Under the pieces are notes generated by a model. The model was not told the DNA's origin and searched no databases. It saw nothing but the letters and a program-made list of their open reading frames with translations. This document shows positions 62,479 through 64,000 of a stretch of DNA of 64,000 nucleotides, piece after piece (the first letter of the stretch is position 1; every line of letters begins with the position of its first letter). The position numbers and the translations under genes were made by a program. The stretch covers positions 27,032,001 through 27,096,000 of the forward strand of contig OX597829.1 in the NCBI GenBank assembly GCA_951406725.2. The letters run 5' to 3'. Source of the stretch: Octopus vulgaris. Its lineage: Eukaryota.

Positions 62479-64000
62479 CTGCAAAATATATTTTAAAAAT
62501 TTGAATGTTCTGAGATGAGTTATTAGCAATTTTTCAAACTATGAAATCAATCTGTTGTGATGGGGGAGGGGATACAGAAAAGTTTTAAAATGCATCAAAG
62601 CAACATTTCAACCCATTTAGTCTTCCACCATCAAGGGAGCATATGTGTAATTTGATGTTGAACATATTGTTGTTACTTACATTCTTCAAGGAAATACATT
62701 GGTGAGAGATACACACACACATGCATGCATATAATACATATACAACATACATTTAAATCAACATTTTATGATGGGCTTCTGCAGTTTCCACCAACCAAAT
62801 TCTATGCACAAGAAACTGGACAGTCCCAAAGGATATAATAGAAGACACCTTAACACACTGCATGAGATTGAACATGAAATCCATGGTGGTTGTGATGTGA
62901 ACTACTAAACCCACACTGAAGAAATACACATAAATAATACAATACCAATCATGTATAGAAGAATATATATTAATTATTTACCTCAAAAGCTTTCCGGGAT
63001 AAAACACCTGGATAAACATTACCCTCATCAGCTGTGAGTTCTAATTTCTTGAAAAAGAAAGAAAAAAAAAAAGAAATAGAAAAAACTGCATAAAGATATC
63101 ATTTAGGGTAGGCAAGAATTGGGATGAATAAATGTAGGAATGCTGCTGTCTGGCTTAGGCCAACAATAGCTATCCTGTTATGTTCAGACTACATCATGCA
63201 CCAATGTTTCAGAATAATATATGTATGTATCTCTGTGTGTCCCCCCTCTCACCATCACTTGACAACCAGTGTTGGTGTGTTTACATCCACATAACTTAGT
63301 GGTTTGGCAAAAGAGACTCACAGAATAAGTACTAGGCTTTAAAAAATAAGTCCTGGGGTTAATATGTTTGACTAAAACAACCCCCCTTCAAGTTGGTACC
63401 CCAGCATGGCCACAGTCAAAAGATAAAAGAACAGTCAGACTGGCTGAGAAGATGGATTTTACAGGAGTAGTTTGTAAGAATACATGTGAAATGTATTCTT
63501 TCAAATTTTTAGAATGATCACTAGAAATAGTTGATAGTTTTCACTTAGGTGATTTAATTTTCCTAAGAGATATAGCATAGAGTTGCTGAAGCGAGGAACA
63601 AACTGCTGGCATCGGATGTTAGTTGTTGGAGCACTGCATCCTTCAAGACTTCCATGCTTCCTGAGATTCGCCAACACTACACTTGATTTTCTCCCCTCCA
63701 TACACACACAAGCATGTTCACTTTCCAGACATTTCTACATTACTGCATGTACTTTATATGCACTTTCTGACAAGTTGTGGTGCACCTGAGCACTGTATAC
63801 AATAATTTCATTATTATCATTATTATTAATTTCAGAGATCTACCTGTTATGTCCAAACAGATTGAATTATAACAGGTTGTAGTAGCAGTAGTAAAGTATG
63901 GTATTCTTCTATTCCCAGTGAAACTACAACCAAAGGGGTTCCATCAATACCGTTCTATCTATTTCCAGATGGTATATTACAAGAATACATTATTAAATAC

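Overview
This is AT-rich, microsatellite-rich animal DNA. The tRNA-derived SINE families and RTE-type 3' ends suggest an octopus or other coleoid cephalopod, but that is an inference. One host gene is supportable: nine GT-AG coding exons on the minus strand (62478 down to the stop at 45472), read by hand with consistent phases. They encode the C-terminal ~370 aa of an Rtc5-like TLDc-domain protein whose 5' exons appear to lie beyond the window. The first ~45 kb has no recognisable host exons and is a mosaic of repeats: three SINE families, degraded R4/Dong-like RLE LINEs in trinucleotide microsatellites, RTE remnants, a Tigger/pogo element, mariner copies, TTAA MITEs, a non-autonomous Helitron and several Penelope-like element (PLE) remnants. 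The most notable non-coding signal is a set of hammerhead ribozyme motifs from at least four sequence-unrelated families (10.3-10.6, 20.9, 29.9-30.1, 33.7/35.4 kb, with weaker ones at 29.4 and 63.0 kb). Most lie in inverted-repeat PLE-type termini, and some of these cassettes have no coding sequence and are nested inside SINEs. Most ORFs in the supplied track are microsatellite or SINE artefacts.
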